Assembly: GCA_030867685.1 (NCBI GenBank)
Contig: JAQOWU010000008.1
Coordinates: forward strand, 1,736,001 to 1,800,000
From: Wickerhamiella versatilis
Taxonomy: Eukaryota
Length of the DNA: 64,000 nt
Direction of reading: 5' to 3'
Part shown: positions 45,085 through 55,381 of the stretch, piece by piece
How the letters are laid out: every line of letters begins with the position of its first letter
How positions within the stretch are numbered: the first letter of the stretch is position 1
The notes under the pieces: generated by a model
Told to the model about the DNA's origin: nothing
Database searches by the model: none
The model's input: the letters and a program-made list of their open reading frames with translations, nothing else
Made by a program: the position numbers and the translations under genes

Positions 45085-46305
45085 ATGTCCTCAGGGCCTG
45101 CTCCACTATATGGCTGTTCGAACGTATCAAACTACGTGTTCGAGGAGAAACTAGGTGAGGGAACTTTTGGTGAGGTGCATAGGGCTCGCCACAAGCCGAC
45201 AGATCAGTGTGTGGCCTTGAAGGAGATCCTATTGTTCAAGAAAAATGACGGCATGCCCATCACTGCTCTTCGAGAAATCAAGATTTTAAAAAGTCTCGAT
45301 CACCCTAATATAATTGAGGTTCTTGATATGGCCGTCAAGCGGGCAAATAGACCAATGCGTGAGCGAGCCGTTTTCTACATGGCCACTCCATACATGGATC
45401 ATGACTTGGCTGGCCTACTCCAAAACGAGCAGGTAAGCTTCAAGCTTGCTCATATTAAGTGCTACATGAAACAACTGCTTGAGGGGATGGCTTATCTTCA
45501 TGCCCAATCCTACATGCATCGCGATGTCAAAGCAGCCAATATTTTGATTGATAACGCTGGAAGAGTTAAAATCGCTGACTTTGGTCTAGCCCGTAAGTTC
45601 CTGGAAAGTCCACCTTCCCGGGAGGGTACGGCCCCTGCGGCTCATCGATACACCGGTACTGTGGTGACTCGTTGGTATCGCTCACCAGAATTACTCCTAG
45701 GTGAGCATTTTTATACCACAGCTATTGATATGTGGGGTATTGGATGTGTATTTGGCGAGTTTTTTAAAAGACATCCAATATTGGCTGGTAAGAGTGATGC
45801 TGATCAATTGATTCAAATATGCCACCTTATTGGATTCCCCACCGAAGAAACCATGCCAAATTTTAGCCAGCTGCCTGGAACTGGAACACTTTTGCCCCCA
45901 GACATTCCAAAATCGAAGCCTGAGCTAGACCAGCGGTTTGCAAACGTCCCGCAGTCGGCCAGGGACCTAATGGCGGGGCTTTTAAGGCTCAATCCCCTTA
46001 CAAGGCTGACGGCATCTGGTGCCTTGGAACACCCTTTTTTCACCACTGAACCGCTCCCTGCACTGCCTCATGAGCTTCCTGTCTATGCGTCCTCTCACGA
46101 AATGGATGCGCGCAAGCGAAATGCTGAAAAGAGGCAAGTGCAGCAGCAACCAGATGATCTGCCCACTAGGCCAGCTAAACGTATGAGCAATGGATTCCGC
46201 AGAAAGGCTCTGGGCTTTAAACTACCTCACCGACCCATGTTGTCTGAAGAAGAGCTAATCCCACCCTACAGACGTCAAAAACGACCACAAGTCCTTGACT
46301 ATTAA
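45085..46305 (+). CDS. SGV1: Cdk9/Bur1 cyclin-dependent kinase
   Basis: GEGTFGEV, PITALREIKILK, YMDHDLAGLL, HRDVKAANILID, YTGTVVTRWYR. Confidence 0.9.
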   Translation: MSSGPAPLYGCSNVSNYVFEEKLGEGTFGEVHRARHKPTDQCVALKEILLFKKNDGMPITALREIKILKSLDHPNIIEVLDMAVKRANRPMRERAVFYMATPYMDHDLAGLLQNEQVSFKLAHIKCYMKQLLEGMAYLHAQSYMHRDVKAANILIDNAGRVKIADFGLARKFLESPPSREGTAPAAHRYTGTVVTRWYRSPELLLGEHFYTTAIDMWGIGCVFGEFFKRHPILAGKSDADQLIQICHLIGFPTEETMPNFSQLPGTGTLLPPDIPKSKPELDQRFANVPQSARDLMAGLLRLNPLTRLTASGALEHPFFTTEPLPALPHELPVYASSHEMDARKRNAEKRQVQQQPDDLPTRPAKRMSNGFRRKALGFKLPHRPMLSEEELIPPYRRQKRPQVLDY

Positions 46306-46574
46306 TGTTTACCGATTTAGTATATTTATTGAGTATGAGGGTGTATTATAAAAAATGGTCCAAGTTTTAGACCGGTATCGTATTCAATCACAACAACTCT
46401 GCGCACCAACTTCCCCGTAACTGTAATACATAGAGGTGGTAAGGCCTTATTTGGTGGCTAGCTTGAACACGTATAGCACTAGCTGCATATTTATTGTCTT
46501 TAGAATTAAATCATCAAAAGCTGCCTAAAATCCTATGAGAAGACTTGATTTCTTCCAAAGTAGCTTTTATTCCA

Positions 46575-47453
46575 CTATTGAGTGGGAACTTTTTCACTTT
46601 TCGCCGAGGGGGTGACCAATACAGTGGATGGTCCGTATATTTCGATAAAGCCTGAATTGCCGCTACGCAGCCAGCGCTTTATAAACCTATAAGTGAGAGT
46701 GATTGTGCGTACGGTAAAGTTGACAACAGGGCGCGACCATGCTAGCTTTTCGGGAATCTTCAATTCAGGAACCGGTTTCTGTACTGGTTCATAGTCATAA
46801 GAGATGCTTCGCATCTGAGGTGGAACCTGCGACGCATTCGTATCTAACGAGAAGCATCCTAGGTGGTCGCGATGTACTAAGATACTCTTTCCGGATTCTA
46901 CCTCGGCTCTAACAAGTGGTGAAGGGCTTGCAAGGGCAATGAGACCTCTGCCAGTCACCAGCTGATGGATGAAAGGTGCACTTCCTGGACGCCATCCGGA
47001 CCTTGCACTTATATGTAGGCCGCGCCCACATGTAGCCTGTATACGATTGGGGTACGAAACTGCCCAATCCCTGGAGCCATCAAGGTCGACTGACGTTAGA
47101 TATGCGTTTCGCGTGCCACCAGAAATTAAGCAGGTAGCAGGTTCACTGGATTCCACTTTTTGCCATAATAAGGGTTGTCTACCGAGTAGATTTAATAGAA
47201 ATGACCGACAAACGCTTGTTCGTGCCACCAGTGATTCAGAGTTTGTTCCTAGGACTCCGCAAAGTTGATTCCGACGAGTATATAGAGGAATAGAAGGTGG
47301 TAAGTTGACTTCGAGCAACGATCCAAAGCCAAGAACCTTAAACTCAGGTTTACTCAACTGCTTCGGATCTACCAAAGGAGTTGCTCGTACGACTTGTGAC
47401 CCAGAAAATGCTGGTGCACGGGGACCAGCGTGGAGCGATCTCCATCTGATCAT
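46575..47453 (-). CDS. AIM24: Mitochondrial Aim24-like protein
   Basis: Presequence-like start; PEFKVLG..SLLEVNLPPSIPLYTRR, LDGSRDW, VTGRG, FIEIYGPSTVLV. Confidence 0.8.
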   Translation of the reverse strand: MIRWRSLHAGPRAPAFSGSQVVRATPLVDPKQLSKPEFKVLGFGSLLEVNLPPSIPLYTRRNQLCGVLGTNSESLVARTSVCRSFLLNLLGRQPLLWQKVESSEPATCLISGGTRNAYLTSVDLDGSRDWAVSYPNRIQATCGRGLHISARSGWRPGSAPFIHQLVTGRGLIALASPSPLVRAEVESGKSILVHRDHLGCFSLDTNASQVPPQMRSISYDYEPVQKPVPELKIPEKLAWSRPVVNFTVRTITLTYRFIKRWLRSGNSGFIEIYGPSTVLVTPSAKSEKVPTQ

Positions 47454-47792
47454 GATTGGTCATCCGGTAGTTCAGGCACGTTAGGTGCTGGGCAGAAGAA
47501 AAGCACATTGGAGGCCAATTCCCAAAATTTTCATTGCTCTATAGTTAGATATTATCAATTTTGATAGTGGCTATATTTATGATGTTACACGTGTGCGTTC
47601 TTTGTTCATGGATCATGCAGGACTAAACTACTTTAGTAGGTAGGTGTTCAAGGACTAGGCCTCATATATGCTATACCGCTTAACAAAATAATTTAGGTCA
47701 AAAACTGTCTGATACTAGATAGCGAATGCTAGATTCGCTCACTTAGTCACATTTCTCTACACGAGTTGGGTTGGTCCAATTCAAGAGTTGCG

Positions 47793-48041
47793 ATGGGCAA
47801 GCAGTCTCGTGAAAACGAGGATACTGCAGAAAACACCAGTGGTGAGGTTGGTGTATTAGCAAAAAAGCAGCGCTTATCAATAATTGGTGAGGCTTTGGAG
47901 ATTAAGCCTCCTTTTTCATTTAAGTCGACTAAAAACCAAAAGGTACAGGCTGATGTGGGTGGTGTCGCAAATTTTAGCACGTCAAAATATCGCCGTTATG
48001 TCAATCGCACTAAGGCAAGGTCGACGGTTGAAGAGGCTTGA
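47793..48041 (+). CDS. SNRNP27 (U4/U6.U5-27K, DUF1777)-like small protein
   Basis: SFKSTKNQKV...KYRRYVNR resembles F.STK.K.V...KYRQYMNR. Confidence 0.6.
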   Translation: MGKQSRENEDTAENTSGEVGVLAKKQRLSIIGEALEIKPPFSFKSTKNQKVQADVGGVANFSTSKYRRYVNRTKARSTVEEA

Positions 48042-48341
48042 AGAAGCTTGAATGATATTGGGCGATCAATATTACGGAACAGGTCACTTTATTGTCCACA
48101 TCATCAGGCCATAGTAATTTTTTTTTGAAAAAAAAATGTGGAAAAAAAATATTAATTAATTCTATTTATTAGCGGTCAAGAAAAAGCTGCAGGTCTTGGA
48201 TGCCTCACTTTGCACTTACTTATGACTATCTTTTGAAAAATATAACTCTAGCATATAAAAGTAGTTTAATTATTGGTTCAATTCAACCTTCAATCCTCGA
48301 TTTTCAAGCTATGGAGTAGGTAAAAAGCTGGAAAGCAACCC

Positions 48342-48361
48342 AGAACATTCTCGAATTTCCA
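48342..48361 (+). promoter_or_regulatory. Heat shock element upstream of STI1
   Basis: aGAAcaTTCtcGAAttTCC: three perfect alternating nGAAn units plus one imperfect. Confidence 0.8.
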
Positions 48362-48412
48362 AGGTCACCGTTAAATAAGCATAAAGTCCCTTTCCTCCAC
48401 ACTAAACTAGTA

Positions 48413-50104
48413 ATGTCCGCAGACGAATTGAAAGCAAAGGGCAACGCTGCATTTGCGGCAAAAGAGTTTGGGAAGGCTGTAGAGCTTTTTACTGAGGCTA
48501 TTGCTGCGTCCCCTCAACCAAACCATGTTCTCTATAGCAACCGTAGTGGAGCTTATGCGAGTTTGAAGGACTATAATAAAGCCCTCGAGGATGCTGATGA
48601 ATGTATAAAGATCACCCCAACCTGGTCTAAAGGCTACAGCCGTAAAGGAGCGGCTCTTCATGGACTAGGTGATTATAAGTCCGCCATCACGGCCTATGAC
48701 GAGGCGTTGGCGAAGGATCCTAATAACGCCCAGGCCAAGTCTGGCAAGAAGAGTGCTGAAGATGCTGAGCACCAGCAAAAGAGTGGTGGTGATCCCCAGG
48801 GAGAATTCTCAAAAATGTTCACTGACCCTGCGAATTTGATGAAGCTTCAACAGAATCCCAAGACACGGGAGTACATGAAAGACCCTTCGTTCGTACAGAA
48901 ACTTCAAGAGTTGTCGTCGAATCCCATGGCTATGCTGAGCGGAAACCAGTCTGACCCGCGTATAATGGAAGCCCTGGGAGTCATGCTTGGAATCAACATT
49001 CAAACCGCTGATCAGCCTCCATCGGACACACCGATGCCTGATGCATCATCTAAAACTGAGGCGCCAAAGCCAAAAAAGCCTGAACCAGCAGCTGAGGCGC
49101 CCAAATCCGATGTGCCACCTGAAAAGGCCGAGGCCGATAAGTTGAAGGCGGAAGCAAACTCCCTTTACAAGAAGCACGAGTTTGTCCCGGCGATTGACTT
49201 GTATAATAAGGCATGGGAGACCTACAAGGATATAACATATTTGAATAATCGTGCCGCGGCTGAGTTTGAAAAGGGTGACTACGAGCAGGCTATTAAGACC
49301 TGTAAGTACGCCGTAGAGGAGTCTTACGAAGTCACTTCAGACTACAAGGTCGTCGCAAAGGCATATGCTCGAATTGGAAACTCATATTTGAAGCTTGATG
49401 ACCTGAAAAATGCAATTGAAAATTTCGAGAAGAGTCTTACCGAGCATCGTACTCCAGATGTCCTAACAAAGTTGAGAAGCACACAAAAGGAGCTTCGTCA
49501 CCGCGAGGAAGAGGCTTATATTAGCCCTGAGAAGGCAGAGGAGGCACGTAACGAGGGTAATAACCTGTTTAAGAGCGGTGACTTCCCCGAATCAGTAAAG
49601 GCATACAGCGAGGCCATTAAACGTGCGCCTCATGATCCACGCGGATATGGAAACCGTGCGGCGGCCTACCTTAAGCTTATGAACTATCCGGGTGTTGTTG
49701 ACGATTGTAACAAGGCTATTGAATTAGACCCGAACTTCTTCAAGGCCTACACCCGGAAGGCCACCGCATTGAACATCATGAAGCAATTCCGTCTTGCAAT
49801 GGACACATTGGAGAAGGCAAAGGAAGTGGATGTTGGAGGACATCACCGTCATGAGATTGATGAGCTATATTCGAAGGCTGTTACCAGCCGATTCGCCACC
49901 CTTCCAGGCGAGACTGAGGAGCAGCGGACTGAACGTCTGGCCTCAGACCCTGAAATTGATGAGATCAGGCGTGATCCCGTCATGAATACCATCTTACAGC
50001 AGGCCTCTCAGGATCCAGCAGCGTTGAGGGACCATATGCAGAACCCAGAGGTTCGACGGAAGATTAACCTCCTTGCTGCTGCAGGTATCATCCGCACTCG
50101 CTAG
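48413..50104 (+). CDS. STI1: Hsp70/Hsp90 organising protein Sti1/Hop
   Basis: MSADELKAKGNAAF, VLYSNRS, KSLTEHRTPD, TPR1-DP1-TPR2A-TPR2B-DP2, terminal AAGIIRTR. Confidence 0.97.
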   Translation: MSADELKAKGNAAFAAKEFGKAVELFTEAIAASPQPNHVLYSNRSGAYASLKDYNKALEDADECIKITPTWSKGYSRKGAALHGLGDYKSAITAYDEALAKDPNNAQAKSGKKSAEDAEHQQKSGGDPQGEFSKMFTDPANLMKLQQNPKTREYMKDPSFVQKLQELSSNPMAMLSGNQSDPRIMEALGVMLGINIQTADQPPSDTPMPDASSKTEAPKPKKPEPAAEAPKSDVPPEKAEADKLKAEANSLYKKHEFVPAIDLYNKAWETYKDITYLNNRAAAEFEKGDYEQAIKTCKYAVEESYEVTSDYKVVAKAYARIGNSYLKLDDLKNAIENFEKSLTEHRTPDVLTKLRSTQKELRHREEEAYISPEKAEEARNEGNNLFKSGDFPESVKAYSEAIKRAPHDPRGYGNRAAAYLKLMNYPGVVDDCNKAIELDPNFFKAYTRKATALNIMKQFRLAMDTLEKAKEVDVGGHHRHEIDELYSKAVTSRFATLPGETEEQRTERLASDPEIDEIRRDPVMNTILQQASQDPAALRDHMQNPEVRRKINLLAAAGIIRTR

Positions 50105-50441
50105 TGAGATTTACTTTGCGAGATATATAAATGGGAAATAGGTAGTAACCGCTTAAGCTTGAAAATGCATGCTATATATGGTTAATTAAAATCATCAGTT
50201 AATAACAGCTATGTAGGGTGTGGTGCCATGCATATCCCTTTGGTAGATCTGCAACATGCATTCAACTTTACAGCGTTTGAATCGTTACAGGCTTTGGGGC
50301 CGGACACAATGCAAGGTTGGATGGAGGTCACATGGCGAAACCTACTTTTATGGCCCTAACCCTTTTAGGTAAAGCTGCCGGGACCCTCATATAAAATGCG
50401 GATAGGACCCTCGCCCAGCCACACCGCGCTCAACTGCAAAT

Positions 50442-50777
50442 ATGTGCTCCGATCCAGCATTGAGCGAGCTAGTTAGGCAGAAATTAATAGTTTGGAGGGA
50501 GCACAAGGCAGCAATAATGGGATTCAATCCTAATGACGCCAATTTCTGTACCCGTCACGCATGTGTGATGCATGATCTATTCCTCGAGCAGATAGCACGG
50601 TGGGCACCACAAATTCGGTCACTTTCAGACCTATATTCTATTCTTTACTTGTGGAAATACGTTGACAATTTTGGGCCCGAAATTTTCCATCTCATATGTC
50701 GACTTCGCATCCCCCCAATGCATGAAAGAAATCTGCCTTCGGATTCACCTACAAGGAAGCGAATTCGGTGTTCGTAA
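50442..50777 (+). CDS. Small orphan ORF with HRDC-like pattern
   Basis: ATG with TATAAAA at about 50390; pattern L..WR...A ... D..LEQIA...P..SL.DL..I ... FG.EI..LI. Confidence 0.55.
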   Translation: MCSDPALSELVRQKLIVWREHKAAIMGFNPNDANFCTRHACVMHDLFLEQIARWAPQIRSLSDLYSILYLWKYVDNFGPEIFHLICRLRIPPMHERNLPSDSPTRKRIRCS

Positions 50778-50899
50778 TTTTTTTTTATTTTGTTCTATTA
50801 TTATGTGCTTCATGCACAGCCTAAAAAAGGGTTAACAGATACAGAGGAATGTTTTTTCTCCCCCTTGATATCAGATTGATTTTTTTTCAAAATCTAACA

Positions 50900-53806
50900 T
50901 TATAATTCTATCGCTAGTCCATTTTCTTCAAATAGCCGGTTAAGGTGCGTGTGGGTATCTTCTATAGTGCGTAACAGGTTCGCACGACGATCATGGTCTT
51001 GTTTTGGCATCGAGTCCTTTACCTTCCGGTTTATCTCTGTCTGCAACTTTTCATGTATCTCACCCGCCCTTGATGCTACGGTATCTATTGTCACATCACC
51101 CAAAGCTACGAGCAAACGCATGGCTGTGGCAGGCACATCTCCCTCGTCAGACATTCCCTGTATAGCTGCATCTAACAGCTGGTCGGAATATTCCTTGTGG
51201 GTGCAAATCGGTAGCAAATTTAACAGAGATTCGTATGCAGCAGTTCGTATTGGCAAGCCGTCATCGACGCGATGTTTGAAAGGCCCCACTTGCATCACAC
51301 GGATTCTCCCTTTATCGCGAGTGGTTGCAACATTGACAAGAATCGGAATTACCTTTTCCTCCTGCAGAAGCGCTGGTCGCATTCTCAAGGCCCAGCCCAC
51401 GGCGGCAGCGGCATCGGAGTCACCCTCGGAGGAAGAAAGCAAAATGTCCACCAACTGGGCTGCCAAATCATCCGAAATGTTCTTTGAAAGGGCAGAGATT
51501 GCAGCCTGTACACGAAGTTCTGGATATCCCGCAAGTTTCGAAGCATCGTTATCTGCCGCAATAAGTAGACCTAACAGGGTCCCCGAGGCCCTTTCTGAAT
51601 TAAGGACATTCCAAAATCCTTCTGATGGTAGCCTTTTGACAGCAGTATCGGCTGCAATGCTCCATATATCATTTGGAAGAGTATCCAGCTCAGCTACTGA
51701 CGAGCATGTTGCCCCCAATACACGACCCCATTCTCGGCGATTATCACCCGGATTGGCGAGCAAAAACTCCATAGAAAGAACTGGATGATTCCGCAAAGCA
51801 AGCTCAGCAGCCAATTCATAGCTCACGGGCGGGTGAGGAGCTCTACCAGCTCCTATAAGAGCCGCTGCCTGAACTGTTGGTGGTTGGTTCTCAGCAATTT
51901 CGAGTGCATATCCCGGCTCCACAGCTGCGCAAGACTCGATTAACCACGGGAATACTTCATGATGTAAAGACCAGTCTAGTATGGGTCGTATCAAGTGTTT
52001 ATTACCATGCTGCACATATCTGTTCATAACTTTTGCTTGCTTCTCGTACAGTCGATCAGATGCGACTCTTGATGCTGCATTAGCAACATCATCTGACACA
52101 GGAGCCGACTCTAGAGCACTAAGGCAAGCCATTCCAACAGTTGGTAGCAAAGGTGGGGTGGCCAGTACCTCCGAAAGCACTCTTATAGGGCCCTGAGAGT
52201 CAAATGAGAGTCCTCGTTGCCATAGTCGTGTGAGACAGTGTGCAGCAGGAACACGTATACTTGGCTCGGTGCGCATCAACTGGAGAGATAACCCTACAAC
52301 CTCTGAAACCCGGCTTGGAGCAACATTATCGGCCACATATTGCAATCCTAGAGACCGAAGTCCGACATCACGAGTGTCTTTAATGACATTACATGCAGCA
52401 CTTACAACCTCGACACTCTTCAACGACTGTGCGGTCTGCAACGCAACAGTTTGCAAACTATGGTCTCCGGCTAATCCTGCAAGTATCACGGCATCTGAAT
52501 CCCTCGTAGACTTTTTAGTAGATTTTACTGCTTCCAATGCAGGCTGAATCAATCTTCGTTTGGATAGAGCCAATTGTTTGGCCAATTTGGAAATATCTTG
52601 CGCTTGGCTTTCGTTGACCCAAGGTCCCACGTCCCTGAGAAGTTTCAGTGATACCTCATTGCGGTCACGTTCAGCTGCAATAATACATGCGGAGATGTCA
52701 ATATCCGGTCCCACAAATGCACGAAGAGCCTCTGTCATATCTGTCCTTACACCTGCATCGTGTTCAATAGAAAGAGCCCGTTGCAGGGCATTCCTGGCTT
52801 GAGCATTAGGAGCCATAGATACTGCTAATGCCGCCGCTGCTCTTCGTATACGATAAGACTCATCAAGCTCCTCGCTCTCGTCATCCAATTCAAAATCTTC
52901 CGCATTCTCTTCCTCATTACCATCTAGACTCATAAAATCGTTGCCCTCGTCAGCTGGATTCCAAGAAATTAGCTCCTCGACCAGTTTAGTGTCTTTAATC
53001 CCTAGGCTTGCCGCTGCTCGAAGGGCAGACTCACTCAAATCAGTAGCATCCTCTCCCTCTTCCAATACCAGCCTCGCGTAATGAAGTACCTTTCCGTGCA
53101 ATCCTGGTATAATTTGAGCCACTTCATGACACAGACTCGGATCTAACCGCCTTAAAAGCCTCAGGGAGACGAGGGGCTGCGCAGAGTCTATAAATGCTGC
53201 TACCTGTCCAGCCTGCTGGTAAGGCGCAAGTGCAACAAGTACATCCAATGCCCGCCTCGATTTAAGACCCACTGGGCCCGTTAGGGTGGAACACAGTTTA
53301 TATATCGAGTCAACCTGATCTGAATTAAACTGTTGACCAAAATTGGTAACCAAGGAAAACAATGCATCTAGTCTCTCCAGCAACCCATCTTCTTTGTTGC
53401 TGAGCAATACCTCAATCACTATGTCTGGCACGCTCCGGCTGTTACGTGGTGCAACATCCACCACCGTACGGATTGCAACTGCTTGTGTCGATGATGGCAA
53501 GTCTTGTGAAATCAAGATATTGAGAAATGCATTTATATCTGCTCTTTTTGCTCTTGCAAGAGTGTCTAGTGTCTTAATCGCCTGATTCTGCACTTCACTA
53601 ACTTGATCGTTCAACCGCTCCACTACTGCAGTGACTAGTGACGGTTTGGAATTCGCACCTCTCTTGACCTCATCCTGGATATCATTAAGCCCCATAAATC
53701 GCAGGTCTGCGTCGAATGAATGCAGCTTGTCAAGTGCATTTGAGACACTAGATACACCTTCAGGCATGCTTTCTGACGTAAGTGGACCCACAATTAGAGC
53801 TGTCAT
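50900..53806 (-). CDS. Cullin-associated NEDD8-dissociated protein (CAND1/TIP120), compact HEAT-repeat form
   Basis: N-terminal LDKLHSFDADLRFMGLND, EVQNQAIK; TIP120 motif RVMQVGPFKHRVDDGLPIRTAAYE; start may be 53767. Confidence 0.85.
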   Translation of the reverse strand: MTALIVGPLTSESMPEGVSSVSNALDKLHSFDADLRFMGLNDIQDEVKRGANSKPSLVTAVVERLNDQVSEVQNQAIKTLDTLARAKRADINAFLNILISQDLPSSTQAVAIRTVVDVAPRNSRSVPDIVIEVLLSNKEDGLLERLDALFSLVTNFGQQFNSDQVDSIYKLCSTLTGPVGLKSRRALDVLVALAPYQQAGQVAAFIDSAQPLVSLRLLRRLDPSLCHEVAQIIPGLHGKVLHYARLVLEEGEDATDLSESALRAAASLGIKDTKLVEELISWNPADEGNDFMSLDGNEEENAEDFELDDESEELDESYRIRRAAAALAVSMAPNAQARNALQRALSIEHDAGVRTDMTEALRAFVGPDIDISACIIAAERDRNEVSLKLLRDVGPWVNESQAQDISKLAKQLALSKRRLIQPALEAVKSTKKSTRDSDAVILAGLAGDHSLQTVALQTAQSLKSVEVVSAACNVIKDTRDVGLRSLGLQYVADNVAPSRVSEVVGLSLQLMRTEPSIRVPAAHCLTRLWQRGLSFDSQGPIRVLSEVLATPPLLPTVGMACLSALESAPVSDDVANAASRVASDRLYEKQAKVMNRYVQHGNKHLIRPILDWSLHHEVFPWLIESCAAVEPGYALEIAENQPPTVQAAALIGAGRAPHPPVSYELAAELALRNHPVLSMEFLLANPGDNRREWGRVLGATCSSVAELDTLPNDIWSIAADTAVKRLPSEGFWNVLNSERASGTLLGLLIAADNDASKLAGYPELRVQAAISALSKNISDDLAAQLVDILLSSSEGDSDAAAAVGWALRMRPALLQEEKVIPILVNVATTRDKGRIRVMQVGPFKHRVDDGLPIRTAAYESLLNLLPICTHKEYSDQLLDAAIQGMSDEGDVPATAMRLLVALGDVTIDTVASRAGEIHEKLQTEINRKVKDSMPKQDHDRRANLLRTIEDTHTHLNRLFEENGLAIEL

Positions 53807-54159
53807 GATATGGCTAGCACATGGCGGTATATGTCATGATGTATTGTTATCAAGTATTACATGTATCGTATAATCTTCCATTAACCCTGTAGCTGGATGT
53901 CTTGCTTGACAGACCTACAGTAACTAGTTGTGGCATTATCACAATTCATTCCAGACTTCGTCATTGTTTAAACCTTTAAAAAAATTATACCACTATGAAA
54001 TCCGCCTTATATTGTTCTATATAGTTAATTGTTTTTTTTGTTGTTGTTTTTGTTGTTATTTGTTATTTGTTTCTGCCTTTTTCATGATCGTTACTTAAGA
54101 CCGCCTTTTTTTGTCTTGTTTTCCATCAATAGGCGAATACATATTTGTTTTGGTTCTTT

Positions 54160-55068
54160 TTATTCGGATTCTGAGTCTGAAGAAGATTCAGAGCTTGAAG
54201 AGGAAGGCTCCATGACAAGAATATCCTCGTCAGATGAGCTCTCATCAGATGAGCTCTCATCAGACGACGACGAGCCTGATGAACTTTCGTCCTCTTCACC
54301 CTCTTCAATGGCAATAATTTCGGGCTCAGAGTCCGAATCGGAGTCCGAATCAGAGTCTGAATCAGAGGATGACGAGTCGGATGAAGACGATTCAGATTCA
54401 GAGTCAGAGTCAGAGTCAGAGTCAGAGTCAGAGTCAGATTCAGATTCAGAAGATCCAGATGTAATAAGCATATCAACATCGATCTCTTCAGGCTGTTCTT
54501 CATCTTCATCTTCGTCTTCGTCACTATCAGATTCATCCTCAGCGCGCGCCAGCACGTTCTCTACCTCATCGGAGTCCAGCTCACTGTCGTTAGGATCAAG
54601 CTCACGGTCTGATTCTGATCCCGATTCGTCCTCTGTGTCCACGACTGCAATTCCATCGGCAAGGAGCTCTGAGACGTTCTCGAGGAGGTCCTCTGTCTTT
54701 GCAATGTACAATGATACGTCCTTGCGAAGCTTGCGGTTTGCCTTGCCTTGCAACTCGTTGAGGATCGCTATAAGACGCTCGTGGACGTTGTCGAGCTGCT
54801 CAAAGAGGTAAGACAAGAAGTCCGTATCACCTACAAGGGCATCCAGTTCCACAGCAGTGAGATCATCAACAACCTCAAAAAGTCCAGAGACTTCTGTTTC
54901 AAGGTCACTGACCTTCTCTTGGCGTGTGCTCTTTGGAACTGCTCTGCGAGTGTTCTTCGAAACACCGCCAACTGAGCGCTGCTTCTTCTGTTGCTTGTTG
55001 CGATTTCCAATACGCTTGGCCAGTTCGTTGGTTTGCTCGTCGTCACTGGGAATATAGTAAAACGGCAT
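54160..55068 (-). CDS. Orphan protein with basic N-terminus and very acidic Ser/Asp/Glu C-terminal half
   Basis: Probable start MPFYYIP at 55068 with TATA-like element near 55100-55107; 302-codon open frame between AT-rich spacers. Confidence 0.7.
   Translation of the reverse strand: MPFYYIPSDDEQTNELAKRIGNRNKQQKKQRSVGGVSKNTRRAVPKSTRQEKVSDLETEVSGLFEVVDDLTAVELDALVGDTDFLSYLFEQLDNVHERLIAILNELQGKANRKLRKDVSLYIAKTEDLLENVSELLADGIAVVDTEDESGSESDRELDPNDSELDSDEVENVLARAEDESDSDEDEDEDEEQPEEIDVDMLITSGSSESESDSDSDSDSDSDSESESSSSDSSSSDSDSDSDSDSDSEPEIIAIEEGEEDESSSGSSSSDESSSDESSSDEDILVMEPSSSSSESSSDSESE
54389..54448. repeat. Hexanucleotide microsatellite GA(G/T)TCA x10 encoding Ser-Asp/Ser-Glu on the minus strand
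   Basis: gattca x2, gagtca x6, gattca x2. Confidence 0.9.
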
Positions 55069-55381
55069 AATAAGAAAATTGGTTTGTGCACGCAGCTCAA
55101 TATATATACTGCTTTCTAATAATTTTTTTTTCTGTATATGTAATCCGCATGTAGTATGCATACTACTGTCCTAAGAATGATATATTTGATTTGATTTTTT
55201 TTGACTGTCGCAATAAAAATATACTGTGAAATTCCCTTTTTGTGGTATTTTCGGACCATCAATTTTGGGTCTTTCACTTTTGCCGCAATTTCTTTCCCAT
55301 TCTCAACGGTTCTTTAGTGTGTTAGTCATCGGTTTGTTCACGGGCCTCTCGATTGACGAGCTACAGCTAGTGACGTAGCCA

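Noticed and set aside
50949-51788. Long antisense ORFs inside CAND1 (similar ones in SEN1 and MDH)
   Set aside because: Non-ATG starts, no motifs, and fully nested opposite conserved genes.
54029-54811. 260-aa plus-strand Ser-rich ORF
   Set aside because: Antisense shadow of the repeat-rich acidic gene, with a non-ATG start in a T-rich terminator-like tract.
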